A DNA stretch of 64,000 nt from a virus (IMGVR_UViG_3300027302_000005:1-64000); one strand, 5' to 3'. Shown: positions 8,692 through 18,646, counted from the stretch's first letter. Numbers and translations are program-made. The notes: generated by a model not told the origin, from the letters alone.

Positions 8692-8964
8692 ATGTACCCC
8701 TTAATCAAGAAACGTGATTTCACTGTCATCAAGCGTTATTGGGACTATGAGAACAATTGTGAACCAACATATCCATTCCCCTGCATTGTCTGGTGGAAGA
8801 AAGGAAATGACATTGATGGATATTGGTACAAGGGAGAAGCATTGTGTAGAGACTTCCCAAATGGGGAGGTTGTGACGATTGCTTCTAGTAAAGATCACTT
8901 GGTTGACAGGTTGTATGACATTTACATTGAAATGTGGGAAGAGAGGGGCGATGAAATTACATGA
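8692..8964 (+). CDS. hypothetical protein
   Basis: Operon packing. Confidence 0.55.
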   Translation: MYPLIKKRDFTVIKRYWDYENNCEPTYPFPCIVWWKKGNDIDGYWYKGEALCRDFPNGEVVTIASSKDHLVDRLYDIYIEMWEERGDEIT

Positions 8965-9184
8965 AGCTATTGAAACCTTGATGCTTCCAGAGAATTATGA
9001 ACAGTGGACTCGCCCAATAAGCTGGAGAGGGTGTCAACAGGCTTTCTGCTTGAGTTCTGATAAACAGGATGTACAGATTGTACCGGGAAATGGCGGTGGA
9101 AGGAGTTACATGTCGTGTTCTGTCTCTGTATTGACAGGTGAATGGGAAATTGTAAGTCCCGATATTGTCCTTGATGGAGAGTGA
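8951..9184 (+). CDS. hypothetical protein
   Basis: GAGG RBS before MKLHE. Confidence 0.55.
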   Translation: MKLHEAIETLMLPENYEQWTRPISWRGCQQAFCLSSDKQDVQIVPGNGGGRSYMSCSVSVLTGEWEIVSPDIVLDGE

Positions 9185-9473
9185 AATGGGAATCTGGTTA
9201 GGTGTGGTTGTAGAAGCTACGACACGAAATGTCAAGCACATTAGCGTTGTGAAGATTGTTGAGGAAGTGAGTGCTGGACATGATTTTGTGTTCAGTAACA
9301 AACAATCCAGTCTGTTCTTCTCCCTCACAGTACATCAAGTGGTTTTCAGGATTGAACTTGACGGACAACATGCAATAAATTATTTAAATAAATTAAATAA
9401 AGCCTTGCAAGAGAAGTGTGAAAGCCATACAATAACGGCTGACAACTTGATTTTGTTTTAAGTGGAGACAACC

Positions 9474-9884
9474 ATGTTTGATACACACATCTTGCATCAA
9501 CACCGAGGCACACATTTCATTGATAGAAATGTTACAATCAACGAACATCGCGCTCCAACAGATAAGAGTGTTGCTTTGCTAAAAGAGATGGAGCAAGCTG
9601 CTGAAGACAAGCTCATCTGTCGTGGTGAAGTGAAGGATAATCTGCTTTCAGCACAGTGGGATGTGTTTGAAGATTATATGACAATGCGCCTTCGCTGTAT
9701 TGTCAGGGTGAAACTAAACGGTAAGGAACATTTACTGAAGTTCTACATCGACAGGGCTACAATGTATGAAGAACATGCTGTCTATGATGTAATACTGGAA
9801 AAGCTCTCGTCTCTTGTTGCTAAGGAAATCTTTATGGCATCCTCCGGTAACAAACCTGCTATGCAAACTATCTGGAGAAAGTGA
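9474..9884 (+). CDS. hypothetical protein
   Basis: GGAG RBS; upstream promoter TTGCAA-N17-TACAAT at about 9405. Confidence 0.65.
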   Translation: MFDTHILHQHRGTHFIDRNVTINEHRAPTDKSVALLKEMEQAAEDKLICRGEVKDNLLSAQWDVFEDYMTMRLRCIVRVKLNGKEHLLKFYIDRATMYEEHAVYDVILEKLSSLVAKEIFMASSGNKPAMQTIWRK

Positions 9885-10057
9885 TGCACAACTATATTGT
9901 AAAGATATGTGACTGGCACGGTCATAGGACAATTCACTGTGAAACTGAAGATGAAGTGTGGGTTGCGATAGGTAGTAGGGCTTTTGGTGGCCTATATGAA
10001 GTTTATTCCGAAACTGGAAAAGAATTGGCAATGTTCACAGTATTTTAGGAGAAACAC

Positions 10058-10243
10058 ATGAACACCATCTACATCCTTCTATTCATCGTTGGCAGCAGTA
10101 TTGCTCCAGACCGATATGAATCAATGACAAGTATTCAGCAAGAGTTTAGCAGCGAACAGTCTTGTAAAGATGCACTTGCAAGCCTAAATAAACAAGTGTA
10201 TCGTAAGGCTGATGTCCTTTCAGCGCAATGTGCGCGTAAATAA
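10058..10243 (+). CDS. small exported/membrane protein
   Basis: Hydrophobic N-terminus and a Cys pair; AGGAG RBS. Confidence 0.6.
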   Translation: MNTIYILLFIVGSSIAPDRYESMTSIQQEFSSEQSCKDALASLNKQVYRKADVLSAQCARK

Positions 10244-10256
10244 TTGAGGAAACGTA

Positions 10257-10568
10257 ATGAAACCAACTCTTGCTGTCGTATTACTGCTTGCTACATCCAG
10301 TGCTAATGCTGGAACATTTAACGAAACTCCTTGGTGCAACACTGTCCTCAAGTATGTCATGCGTGGCTTTGATGCTGCACATAACAAGAAAAAGACAGTG
10401 GAAAGCATTATTGCCATCCCTTCTCAACAAGAACGTTTGTTGGCATTGCAGGGGTGGCGTGCAGCTAAGGATGGCGTTACCAAGGCTCAGGCTTATGTGT
10501 ATTTTATGACACAGTGTTTGAGTGCTAATTCCAAGAATGATGAAGCCGATGAGAAGGAGAGCTTTTGA
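10257..10568 (+). CDS. signal-peptide-bearing hypothetical protein
   Basis: MKPTLAVVLLLATSSANA is a Sec-type signal peptide. Confidence 0.7.
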   Translation: MKPTLAVVLLLATSSANAGTFNETPWCNTVLKYVMRGFDAAHNKKKTVESIIAIPSQQERLLALQGWRAAKDGVTKAQAYVYFMTQCLSANSKNDEADEKESF

Positions 10569-10861
10569 TGACATCTGATTTCAAAGAACTGACAGACGAA
10601 GAATACGCTCTGTTACAACCTATCCAAAAAGCTCAGTATCAGCGTGCTTATAACAAGCATTTCGGTATCTCTAAAGGAGCATCCGACGAAGCTTTTGTCA
10701 GTAAGAAACAGCTTCGTGATGCTATTCGTGACAAGTGCTTGGAATGCTGCTGTGAGCAACGTGGAGAAATTGCACAATGCCGGATTACGAAATGTCCTTT
10801 GTGGCAACATCGTCCGTATCAGAAGATGAAAATTGTAGACATCGAGGAAGAAGCAGCTTAA
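10568..10861 (+). CDS. Cys-rich (zinc-binding) hypothetical protein
   Basis: AIRDKCLECC...QCRITKCPLWQHR. Confidence 0.7.
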   Translation: MTSDFKELTDEEYALLQPIQKAQYQRAYNKHFGISKGASDEAFVSKKQLRDAIRDKCLECCCEQRGEIAQCRITKCPLWQHRPYQKMKIVDIEEEAA

Positions 10862-11022
10862 ACTGTTGTCAGGAATAGGGCTAGAATCTTTTAGCCCATA
10901 TAGCCACGTAATGACAGAGACACATAACAGCTTCAGGGAATACTAAGGTACTGCTTAGAAGCTATTGTGTTTTATTTCAATCAGGGCTATAATGCTTTTA
11001 CTAAACAGTTGGGAAACACAAC

Positions 11023-11259
11023 ATGCACATCAAAATGACATCACTATCCATCCGTAATGGACATTGGTTAGCTACATTGGAAACTAAGCATCTGTTCTTT
11101 TGGAAGAACAAGATTATGGCTGCTGGAATCATTGGCAGTTCTGGTGAAGTGTTTGTGGACAATGCTTCTGTTGTATCGGATTATGCTGTAGATTGTGAAA
11201 GTGTTAAGAATGCCATTTATAAGCAATGGCGTTGTTTTTACATGCCAGAGGGGGATTGA
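11023..11259 (+). CDS. hypothetical protein
   Basis: ORF after an intergenic gap containing a TATAAT box. Confidence 0.55.
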   Translation: MHIKMTSLSIRNGHWLATLETKHLFFWKNKIMAAGIIGSSGEVFVDNASVVSDYAVDCESVKNAIYKQWRCFYMPEGD

Positions 11260-11260
11260 A

Positions 11261-11554
11261 ATGCCTACACAGTTTTTGGCTGCACAAGTTGTAATTCCAG
11301 ATGATTACGATTGGTGGGATGAAAATGCAGAAGCCTATTACGTTTCTACAATCAATCGTGACTCTGATGTATGGGAAGGGGATATGTATTCTGAAACAAT
11401 TGTGTTTGAGTGGGATATTAAGAGCCAGAAGAAAGGGAAGATTTTGTATCAGACAAGTCATGCACGTAATAGCTTGTACTTGCACAAGCGTATAGTACAT
11501 GGTCTTGAGGAAAGTGGGATGAAATACATCGAAGAAATCAATAATCAGGAATGA
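11261..11554 (+). CDS. hypothetical protein
   Basis: GAGGGG RBS before MPTQF. Confidence 0.6.
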   Translation: MPTQFLAAQVVIPDDYDWWDENAEAYYVSTINRDSDVWEGDMYSETIVFEWDIKSQKKGKILYQTSHARNSLYLHKRIVHGLEESGMKYIEEINNQE

Positions 11555-11558
11555 GAAC

Positions 11559-13220
11559 GTGGCATATCAAAAAGGTAAGACAATGAAACAAGCTGTACGT
11601 TATAACAACCGGGAAAAGCAAGAAACTATTGATGATGTTCTGTCATTGCCTTTCCTTGCAGTTCCAGAACGAGGAATGTGTCAAGAAGATGCTGAATACT
11701 TTGGTATTCGGTCTTCTGTAAGCGAGGCGGATGGAAAAACTATCACAGCAACATACTTCCCTTATTACAACAAGGAAGGTAATCTCACCGGCTTCAAGAA
11801 ACGTGATTGGACAGTTCCGAAAGAAGATGACTTCCATTTCACTGTGGTGGGGAATATCCGCATTTCTTGCCAAATGTTCGGACAGCACGTAGCAAAGCGT
11901 GGCTCTAAGGCAATCTACATTGCTGAAGGGGAGGAAGAAGTGGTGGCTATTCGCCGCTGCATCATCGACTCCTTGAAAGGGAGCCAGTGGGAAGGGAAGA
12001 TAAATCCTTCTGTTGTTGGCCTATCAATGGGAACAGCTAATGCTCAGGAGTGTGTTGCTCACAATGAAGATTTCATTCGTTCCGCCAAGGAAGAAGTGGT
12101 GTTGTGTTTGAACAATGACCATGCAACACCGAAAGAAACTCTGAAAGGTATTAAGAAAGGGAAGGAAGCAACAGAGGATATTGCAGCTTTCTTACTTCTT
12201 GACAATATGTCCACTGTCAAGTTGCCGCCAAACATCAATGATTTCCGTGAAGCCTACATGAAAGGACATGGCAAGTTGATGGGTAAGCGTCTTGCCTTTG
12301 AGCGAGAAACATATTCCCCTGAGAAGATTATTAGTGGGGACAGCGTTTCAATGGAAGAGTTGCTTCTCCCGTTGCAGGAGGGGGTGAAGGTTGATCGGTT
12401 CCCTAGGTTGATGGATAAGCTACACGGCTTTCGCCACATGCCCACAGGAGAGCTTACGCTGTATGCAGCTTTTTCGGGGGTGGGGAAGAGTACCGTTTGT
12501 CGTGAAGTGGCTTGGGAAATTATTCGTCAGACAGAGTTGTCCGTAGGGTTTATCTTCCTAGAAGAAACTCATGTTAAAACTCAACAGGCCATGCTTGCAC
12601 TTGAGCTTGGCATCCCGTTGAACAAGTTTCGCCGTGACCCGTTAGCTTGTGCTACGATGGAAGCTATTGAAAAAGCTAAGAATGCTGTACTGAGCAATGG
12701 ACGTACATACTTCCTTGACCATTTTGGCAGCATGAATGCGGAAAAGCTGATGAACCAGATTAAATATCTGCATTTCATCTGTGGCTGTCAGCACATTGTT
12801 CTTGACCACATTTCTATGGTCGTGTCTGGGCAAGAAAGTAACAACGAACGCAAGGATATTGATATTATTATGACCGAGTTGGCATCTTTTGTGTCAGCCA
12901 ACCCATGCCATATCCACGTTGTTAGTCACCTGAAGCGGGTGGAAGACCCTAATCTGTACAAGAAAAAGAAAGACGATGAAGAACCTCAACCATACTGGAG
13001 AGAATTGAATATTCAGTTGTTGCGTGGTAGTGGCGGGCTTGAACAGATGGCTTTCAATATCATTCTTGTTGAAAACGAAGTGATGCCAGACGGTACACGA
13101 GGGCGGGTGCGGCTGAAGCTTGGCAAGAACCGGGAATGGAGTGAGCTTGGTGTGTGTGATGTATTGATTCAAAAAGAAGACGGAAGGTTGCATAACGCAG
13201 AAGATGATTGTAGTTTCTAA
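11559..13220 (+). CDS. T7 gp4-like primase-helicase (SF4 helicase intact, primase domain atypical)
   Basis: Walker A AAFSGVGKS, FLEE, Walker B IVLDHIS, VSHLKR, LRGSGGLEQ, KNR; N-terminal TOPRIM-like region. Confidence 0.92.
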   Translation: MAYQKGKTMKQAVRYNNREKQETIDDVLSLPFLAVPERGMCQEDAEYFGIRSSVSEADGKTITATYFPYYNKEGNLTGFKKRDWTVPKEDDFHFTVVGNIRISCQMFGQHVAKRGSKAIYIAEGEEEVVAIRRCIIDSLKGSQWEGKINPSVVGLSMGTANAQECVAHNEDFIRSAKEEVVLCLNNDHATPKETLKGIKKGKEATEDIAAFLLLDNMSTVKLPPNINDFREAYMKGHGKLMGKRLAFERETYSPEKIISGDSVSMEELLLPLQEGVKVDRFPRLMDKLHGFRHMPTGELTLYAAFSGVGKSTVCREVAWEIIRQTELSVGFIFLEETHVKTQQAMLALELGIPLNKFRRDPLACATMEAIEKAKNAVLSNGRTYFLDHFGSMNAEKLMNQIKYLHFICGCQHIVLDHISMVVSGQESNNERKDIDIIMTELASFVSANPCHIHVVSHLKRVEDPNLYKKKKDDEEPQPYWRELNIQLLRGSGGLEQMAFNIILVENEVMPDGTRGRVRLKLGKNREWSELGVCDVLIQKEDGRLHNAEDDCSF

Positions 13221-13223
13221 GTA

Positions 13224-13252
13224 TTGACACAAGGATGTGTCTGTGTCATTAT
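13224..13252 (+). promoter_or_regulatory. sigma70 promoter TTGACA-N17-CATTAT overlapping a GACACA-AGGA-TGTGTC hairpin
   Basis: Read directly. Confidence 0.65.
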
Positions 13253-13288
13253 CCTTCTACACCAACAAACAATGCGTGGAGAAATAAG

Positions 13289-13627
13289 ATGTCCTTGACC
13301 AAACTTGAAATGTTGATTATTCGTGCCTGCAAGAGCCAAGACCCTATCAAACGTCTAACCTCGGTGTATCGTCGATTCTATAACTTCGGTGTGACAGATA
13401 GGGAAGATGTTTCACCACACGTTGCCGATATTTTAGGGCAAGTTGTTGATAAGTATTTTCCAATACTTCCTTCTAGGGTAGCTCGTGAACTGCTATCAAA
13501 CGACATTTGGTACAGATACGATAGTCCAACAGAGAAGTGTGTGCGTATGTTTATGAATCGTATCCGTTTTGAACGTGTAGATATGTGTCCAGAAGGTATG
13601 ATTTGGCCAAAGAAATATAGTGGTTGA
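13289..13627 (+). CDS. hypothetical protein
   Basis: GGAG RBS before MSLTK. Confidence 0.7.
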   Translation: MSLTKLEMLIIRACKSQDPIKRLTSVYRRFYNFGVTDREDVSPHVADILGQVVDKYFPILPSRVARELLSNDIWYRYDSPTEKCVRMFMNRIRFERVDMCPEGMIWPKKYSG

Positions 13628-13642
13628 CATCTGCAACAACAT

Positions 13643-13667
13643 GCCCGACAATACGTTCGGGCTTTTT
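13643..13667 (+). terminator. intrinsic terminator GCCCGA-loop-TCGGGC-TTTTT, overlapping promoter TTGACA(13624)-N17-GACAAT
   Basis: GC stem plus T-run. Confidence 0.65.
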
Positions 13668-13684
13668 CTATTTAAGGGTTTGTA

Positions 13685-15793
13685 ATGAACAAAAACGGTT
13701 GGTACTACGACATAGAGGCTGATTCACTCTACTTACAATCCTCGAAGATTTGGTACATCAAATTCAAGTCCTTGGATGGAAAGAAGGAACTGTCTGTCTT
13801 TCCTTTCCGGGAAGATTGCAAGGACAAGATTGTACAATGGATTAACTCATTCGATGACGGTTGTTTGGTTGTCGGTCATAATATCCTGTCTTACGATGCT
13901 TGGATGATGTGGAAGTTTTTTGACATCAAGCCGCGAGTAGGGAAGGGTGGAAAAGACACTTTCAATGGGAAGGTTGTTCAGTTTGTAGATACGCTTGTCT
14001 TATCTCAGTACTTGCAACCAGACCTGCAATCACACTCACTGGATTTTCTGTCTAGTGGTAGTGATAATGAGAAAATGAACTACCGTAAAGCACTGGTTGA
14101 AGCTGGAGCTATGATTGGAAATGAACCTAAAGGACATGAGTTCAGTCTCTGGCATCCACTGATGCAAAACTACTGCGACGATGACGTTGATGCAGGAATT
14201 GGTGTATTCAACCGTTTATGGAACAAAGCTATTGAGATGTACGGTGAAAAGAACTGGATTCACCCATCGTTCCGCCAAGTACAAAAGGATTTCTTTCTCT
14301 ATGCAGCACAGGCATATAGTGGCGTTAAGTTTGACAAGGAAAAAGCACAAGCACTTGTCGAACACATTACCAAGCAAATGGATGAGTTGAAGAGTCAAGT
14401 TGACCCAGTTCTCCCTGCACGAGAACTGAAAGAAGGTGAGAAGAAGGAATACAAAATCCCTGCCAAGCCTTTTACAAAATCCGGCGAGATGTCAGCAACA
14501 ATGGTGAAATGGCTTGACAAACATCAAGCTAAGGTGATTGACGGAAAGATTCATGCTTACGGGCATGTTGTAGACATTGTGGCCAATGAAATCCTACCAG
14601 TACGTCCACCAATGGAAATCGAAGACAATGCTGAATTGAAGCAATATTTCCTAGATCATGGCTGGATTCCAAGTGACGATCATTGGAACTTTAAGAAAGG
14701 AGAAGATGGTAAGCCTATTCGTGACGATAGGAACAACTACATCAAGACAACACCGAAGATTATGAATGCTGGTGTTATCTGTCCTAATCTTTTGAAGATT
14801 GAAGCGGATGTTCCAGCTAAGGTGGTGAAGTTCTTGTCGTATCGTAATAGACGTTCTGTCGTTGAAGGATGGTTGAGCAATTGGCGTGTTGAGTGGGATG
14901 GGAGGTTGAGTGCTGAAATGAGTGGCTACACGCCAACATTCCGTGTAAAACACAAGACAGTTTGTAACGTCCCTAAAGCAGACCCAAAGGTGTTGCTTGG
15001 TAATGAAATGCGTGAACTATTCACCGTTGACCAAGGAAACTACTATGTAGGTACTGACTCTGCTGCATTGGAGAATAGAACACTGGCAGCATACACAATG
15101 AAATACGATGATGGGGCGTTTGCCGACCTTATTCTACGTGGGGATTCGCACACCTTTAATTCGTTTGCTTTCTTCCCTCACCTACATCAGAAGTTTGATA
15201 TTAATCAGGAAGGGTTGAAGGATGTACCAGAGTTTAAGCCTTGGCGTAATAAGGCCAAGACAGGAGCTTATTTGCTGGCGTATGGTGGAGGTGTGGCTAA
15301 GCTGGCTTCAAGTCTAAGTTTGTCTAAGAAAGAGGCACAAGAATCTTACGACAACTACTGGTCAGCTAATCCGGGCTTAGGTAAGTTGAAAGAAAATGTT
15401 GAGAAGTATTACGACACAACAGGGAAGAAAAAGTATGTTCCGGGGTGGGATGGACGTATTCTCTCTATCCGCCGTAAGAACGTACTAATCAACTGTCTTG
15501 GTCAATCACTCGGAGCTATCTGTCAATCTGTAGCAGCTTGTATGATGGACAACAAGCTTGGTGAAATGTACCTTGATGATAAGTTCCGACCATATTATTT
15601 ATACAAAGGACATACAGTAAAACGCACCAGTTTGGTGCATGATGAATACTCTTGGGAAGTTGAATCAGGGGCTGAAGAGGATATACGCTTACTTACAGTA
15701 GAATGTATTATCAAAGCTGGTGAATACCTTAAACTTCCTATCCCGCTTGATGGGGAGGGAAAGATAGGAAATAATTGGAAAGAAGTTCACTAA
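13685..15793 (+). CDS. polA: DNA polymerase family A (T7 gp5-like) with 3'-5' exonuclease
   Basis: Exo motifs YDIEAD, GHNILSYD, YCDDDV; motif A DSAALENR, motif B RNKAKTGAYLLAYG, motif C VHDE. Confidence 0.96.
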   Translation: MNKNGWYYDIEADSLYLQSSKIWYIKFKSLDGKKELSVFPFREDCKDKIVQWINSFDDGCLVVGHNILSYDAWMMWKFFDIKPRVGKGGKDTFNGKVVQFVDTLVLSQYLQPDLQSHSLDFLSSGSDNEKMNYRKALVEAGAMIGNEPKGHEFSLWHPLMQNYCDDDVDAGIGVFNRLWNKAIEMYGEKNWIHPSFRQVQKDFFLYAAQAYSGVKFDKEKAQALVEHITKQMDELKSQVDPVLPARELKEGEKKEYKIPAKPFTKSGEMSATMVKWLDKHQAKVIDGKIHAYGHVVDIVANEILPVRPPMEIEDNAELKQYFLDHGWIPSDDHWNFKKGEDGKPIRDDRNNYIKTTPKIMNAGVICPNLLKIEADVPAKVVKFLSYRNRRSVVEGWLSNWRVEWDGRLSAEMSGYTPTFRVKHKTVCNVPKADPKVLLGNEMRELFTVDQGNYYVGTDSAALENRTLAAYTMKYDDGAFADLILRGDSHTFNSFAFFPHLHQKFDINQEGLKDVPEFKPWRNKAKTGAYLLAYGGGVAKLASSLSLSKKEAQESYDNYWSANPGLGKLKENVEKYYDTTGKKKYVPGWDGRILSIRRKNVLINCLGQSLGAICQSVAACMMDNKLGEMYLDDKFRPYYLYKGHTVKRTSLVHDEYSWEVESGAEEDIRLLTVECIIKAGEYLKLPIPLDGEGKIGNNWKEVH

Positions 15794-15797
15794 CCTG

Positions 15798-15826
15798 TTG
15801 ACAAGGACGTTTCAGCTTGATAAACT
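15798..15826 (+). promoter_or_regulatory. sigma70 promoter TTGACA-N17-TAAACT
   Basis: Read directly. Confidence 0.7.
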
Positions 15827-15860
15827 TCTCACATCAACTACTTGAGGACGTACACCTACT

Positions 15861-16181
15861 ATGAAAATCTATGAAGCTTCTCTGTGCCTACGCTTCTATC
15901 GTTCAGATGGCTGGACACGTAGCGATGTTTTAAATCTATTGGTAAATCCTATTCAAGAGGTGGATGTATCAATTTATTTCGTATGCCCGCGTTGGTTTGT
16001 AAACAGCGAGAAAGATACGATGTATTCTGGTTTCCTGTATCGGGACTATTGTGAGCATAATGACTGTGATTATTATGCTGTGTATCATCCGTCTATCAGT
16101 TTTGATGAAGAGAAGCTGAAGCAGCATGACATTATTCCCTTCGGGAACATTCCATTTGGTAGCGGTACAGGAGATTGGTAA
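15861..16181 (+). CDS. hypothetical protein
   Basis: GAGG RBS. Confidence 0.6.
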   Translation: MKIYEASLCLRFYRSDGWTRSDVLNLLVNPIQEVDVSIYFVCPRWFVNSEKDTMYSGFLYRDYCEHNDCDYYAVYHPSISFDEEKLKQHDIIPFGNIPFGSGTGDW

Positions 16182-16387
16182 TGACTTCTAAGAAAGCAAA
16201 CGTTGGACAATACATCCGTACAACCGTTTCTGACCCTGAGTATTTCTCTCTTGGTCAGGTTGGTGAGATTGCTGAAATTGTTGTTGACAATGAAAGTCCA
16301 GACGGGTATGCTTACTACGTCAAGTTCGACGAAGAAGTGTTCTGGTTCTTGGATTGTGATGAATTTGAGTTAGTAGGAGAACATTGA
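16181..16387 (+). CDS. small SH3/KOW-like hypothetical protein
   Basis: VGQYIR...GQVGEI...YYVKFD pattern. Confidence 0.55.
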   Translation: MTSKKANVGQYIRTTVSDPEYFSLGQVGEIAEIVVDNESPDGYAYYVKFDEEVFWFLDCDEFELVGEH

Positions 16388-16388
16388 A

Positions 16389-16583
16389 ATGAAAAACAAA
16401 CAAACCGGACAAACATCTTTCCCTATTCTTGGAATCATGTTTCTAATCTTCCTTACACTGAAACTTGCGGAAGTTGGTGTCGTAGCAACGTGGAGCTGGT
16501 GGGCTGTCACATCCCCATTATGGGGAGGAGTGTTGTTCATCATCATTCTTATAGCTATCGTGATGTGGCTTGAAGAGAAATAA
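16389..16583 (+). CDS. small two-TM membrane protein
   Basis: FLTLKLAEV...WSWWAVTSPLW motif. Confidence 0.75.
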   Translation: MKNKQTGQTSFPILGIMFLIFLTLKLAEVGVVATWSWWAVTSPLWGGVLFIIILIAIVMWLEEK

Positions 16584-16657
16584 CGTAATAATATAACATT
16601 CCGTTGTGTTATTACAATTAGCGGCGTATGTCCGTATTTAAACTAGGAGAAATAAAC

Positions 16658-17548
16658 ATGGCTTTTAAGCCCCAAGGTAACAAAGACTTCACCCCTCGTT
16701 CTAGCAATGAACCGAAGTACAACTTCCCAATCCCCTCTGATGGGAATCAGGATGCACGTATTTCGTTGATTGTTGATCTTGGTATCCAAAACCAAGAAGA
16801 TGCTGAGGATGAAAAGACAGGTGAAAAACGTCCACGTAAGCCTTGTCAGCAAGTTGCTGTATTTGCTGATTTGGTAGATGAAGAAGTGGATTATGGCGGA
16901 GACATTGGGACTGCACAATACCGCCTGATGCTGAACAAGCAATTCAAGGGAGATATTCAAGGTGTAAACTTTGTTGCAGTCCCACCAAAGGATGCCGATG
17001 GTAATACTATCAAGGGAAAGATGTGGACGATTCATCCAGCCAACCTACTTGCTAAATTAGCCAAGGCCACGGGTAAGGAAGTGATTCTTGGTGGCAATTA
17101 CGAAGACAACATGAATCTTGAACTGTTGCTTGGTCAACCGCTGATGATTAATGTCGAAGTGAAGCAGACAGAATCTGACAAGAAGGATGACAACGGTAAG
17201 CCTATCGTTTATACCAATGTTCGCGCTGCTGGCTACTCCCCTATTCCGAAGAAGAAGGGTGTGCAGCTTGATGTTACTGAATTGAATGTTACACCGAAGT
17301 GTGTTACGTTTGATAATGCTACAGTGGAAGATGTCAAAGTGCTGCGCTACGCTATTCGGAAGAAGATTAAGCTGGCTAACAACTACGCAGGGAGCAAGAT
17401 GCAGGAAGCTATTGAGGAATATGAGGCTAGTTTGGAGCAGGGCAGCAACAACACTCCATCCTCTTCATCTAAGTCAATTAAGGTAGAAAGCAAGAAGCCG
17501 GTTCCGGCTGAAGCTGATGAAGACTTCGAAACCGAAGCACCCTTCTAG
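16658..17548 (+). CDS. single-stranded DNA-binding protein (phage type)
   Basis: LIVDLGIQ...LLGQPLMINV; acidic tail ending DEDFETEAPF; AGGAG RBS. Confidence 0.75.
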   Translation: MAFKPQGNKDFTPRSSNEPKYNFPIPSDGNQDARISLIVDLGIQNQEDAEDEKTGEKRPRKPCQQVAVFADLVDEEVDYGGDIGTAQYRLMLNKQFKGDIQGVNFVAVPPKDADGNTIKGKMWTIHPANLLAKLAKATGKEVILGGNYEDNMNLELLLGQPLMINVEVKQTESDKKDDNGKPIVYTNVRAAGYSPIPKKKGVQLDVTELNVTPKCVTFDNATVEDVKVLRYAIRKKIKLANNYAGSKMQEAIEEYEASLEQGSNNTPSSSSKSIKVESKKPVPAEADEDFETEAPF

Positions 17549-17599
17549 TCTGTAACAACAAGCCACAAGGATGTGGTTATTATTTTAGGAATAACTTAA

Positions 17600-17752
17600 A
17601 TGACTGAAGAAATGGTTATAATTACTCGGAAAGAGTATGAATCTTTGAAAGACGATTCGTTGATGCTAAGTTGTCTTGAAAACGCTGGTGTTGATAACTG
17701 GACTTGGTATGACGAAGCAATGAATGAATATCGAGAGGCTAAGAATGATTGA
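17600..17752 (+). CDS. gp5.9-like host RecBCD inhibitor (50 aa), not in ORF track
   Basis: MTEEMVIITRKEYESLKDDSLMLSCLENAGVDNWTWYDEAM...; GVDNWxxY motif as in T3-type gp5.9; AGGA RBS. Confidence 0.65.
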   Translation: MTEEMVIITRKEYESLKDDSLMLSCLENAGVDNWTWYDEAMNEYREAKND

Positions 17753-18089
17753 ACAAAAACGTAGCGTAGGGAGGCCGAAAAGCGATGATAAACTCGCTCT
17801 TGATGAAATCCTGAAGAATGAAACCACACGCAAGAAGTTCAAGCAAGTGGTGGATGGGCTGGTAGAATCCAAAGTAGCTTTGAAATACAAGCAAGAAACC
17901 CATGCTGAAGATGTAGCAGGGGCTAGTGAAACGTTCAAGCTTTCTAAAGGTTGGATTAATGCCTTGGTTAATGGGCTTGCTGCTGATAAGATTCAGGAAG
18001 TGGCTGAGAAGGGGAGCTTGATTGCTGAAGCTGTTGAAGAATTGGGATACGGTGAGACAATCTCGCCTAGCGAAGCTGGGGAAGAATAA
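17745..18089 (+). CDS. dsDNA-binding protein (T4 DsbA-like), AT-hook-like GRPK N-terminus
   Basis: Helical protein with KKFKQVVDGLV...FKLSKGWINAL pattern. Confidence 0.5.
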   Translation: MIEQKRSVGRPKSDDKLALDEILKNETTRKKFKQVVDGLVESKVALKYKQETHAEDVAGASETFKLSKGWINALVNGLAADKIQEVAEKGSLIAEAVEELGYGETISPSEAGEE

Positions 18090-18322
18090 TGTCATCAACT
18101 ATATATCTAGTTCGTAAGGTTGGAACCGAAGAATATCATTGTGGTGGGAACTATTTCTATGGAAGTAATTGTTATGCTGCACACCACTATTCTTCTTCTA
18201 ATCCTGCCAAGGCTCTTGTTAATCGGTTTAATAGTCCAACAAGCAGATGGGGGCGGCAAGGTGATAAGTTTGAAGTGGTGGAAATGAACATTCTACTTTC
18301 TGAAACTAAAGTTGTTGGATAA
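18089..18322 (+). CDS. hypothetical protein
   Basis: Operon packing. Confidence 0.6.
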   Translation: MSSTIYLVRKVGTEEYHCGGNYFYGSNCYAAHHYSSSNPAKALVNRFNSPTSRWGRQGDKFEVVEMNILLSETKVVG

Positions 18323-18334
18323 GGGGAATAAATA

Positions 18335-18646
18335 ATGTGTGCATCTGGTAAAGGTGAAATTATTAAGTGGGATTCGCTTTCAGAAGAACTTCAAGAATCT
18401 TTTCAATACGGTGATTTTGAAAACGAAGATGACTTTGTTGTAGTGGAGAAAGGAGAGTGGGTTGTTGATTATAAGTATGAAGTATGTACCAACATTTTTC
18501 AGCGTAAGTCTGACGGGAAGTATTTTGCTCAAGACCGTACTCGCTCTGGAAGCCACTATTCTGACTACTATTATGAAGACCCCGAAGACTTGTACGAAGT
18601 GGTGAAGCAAGAAGTTGTCAAGCATGAATGGAAAATGGTGAAATAA
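18335..18646 (+). CDS. hypothetical protein (RSGSHYSDYYY motif)
   Basis: RBS; typical phage motif. Confidence 0.7.
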   Translation: MCASGKGEIIKWDSLSEELQESFQYGDFENEDDFVVVEKGEWVVDYKYEVCTNIFQRKSDGKYFAQDRTRSGSHYSDYYYEDPEDLYEVVKQEVVKHEWKMVK

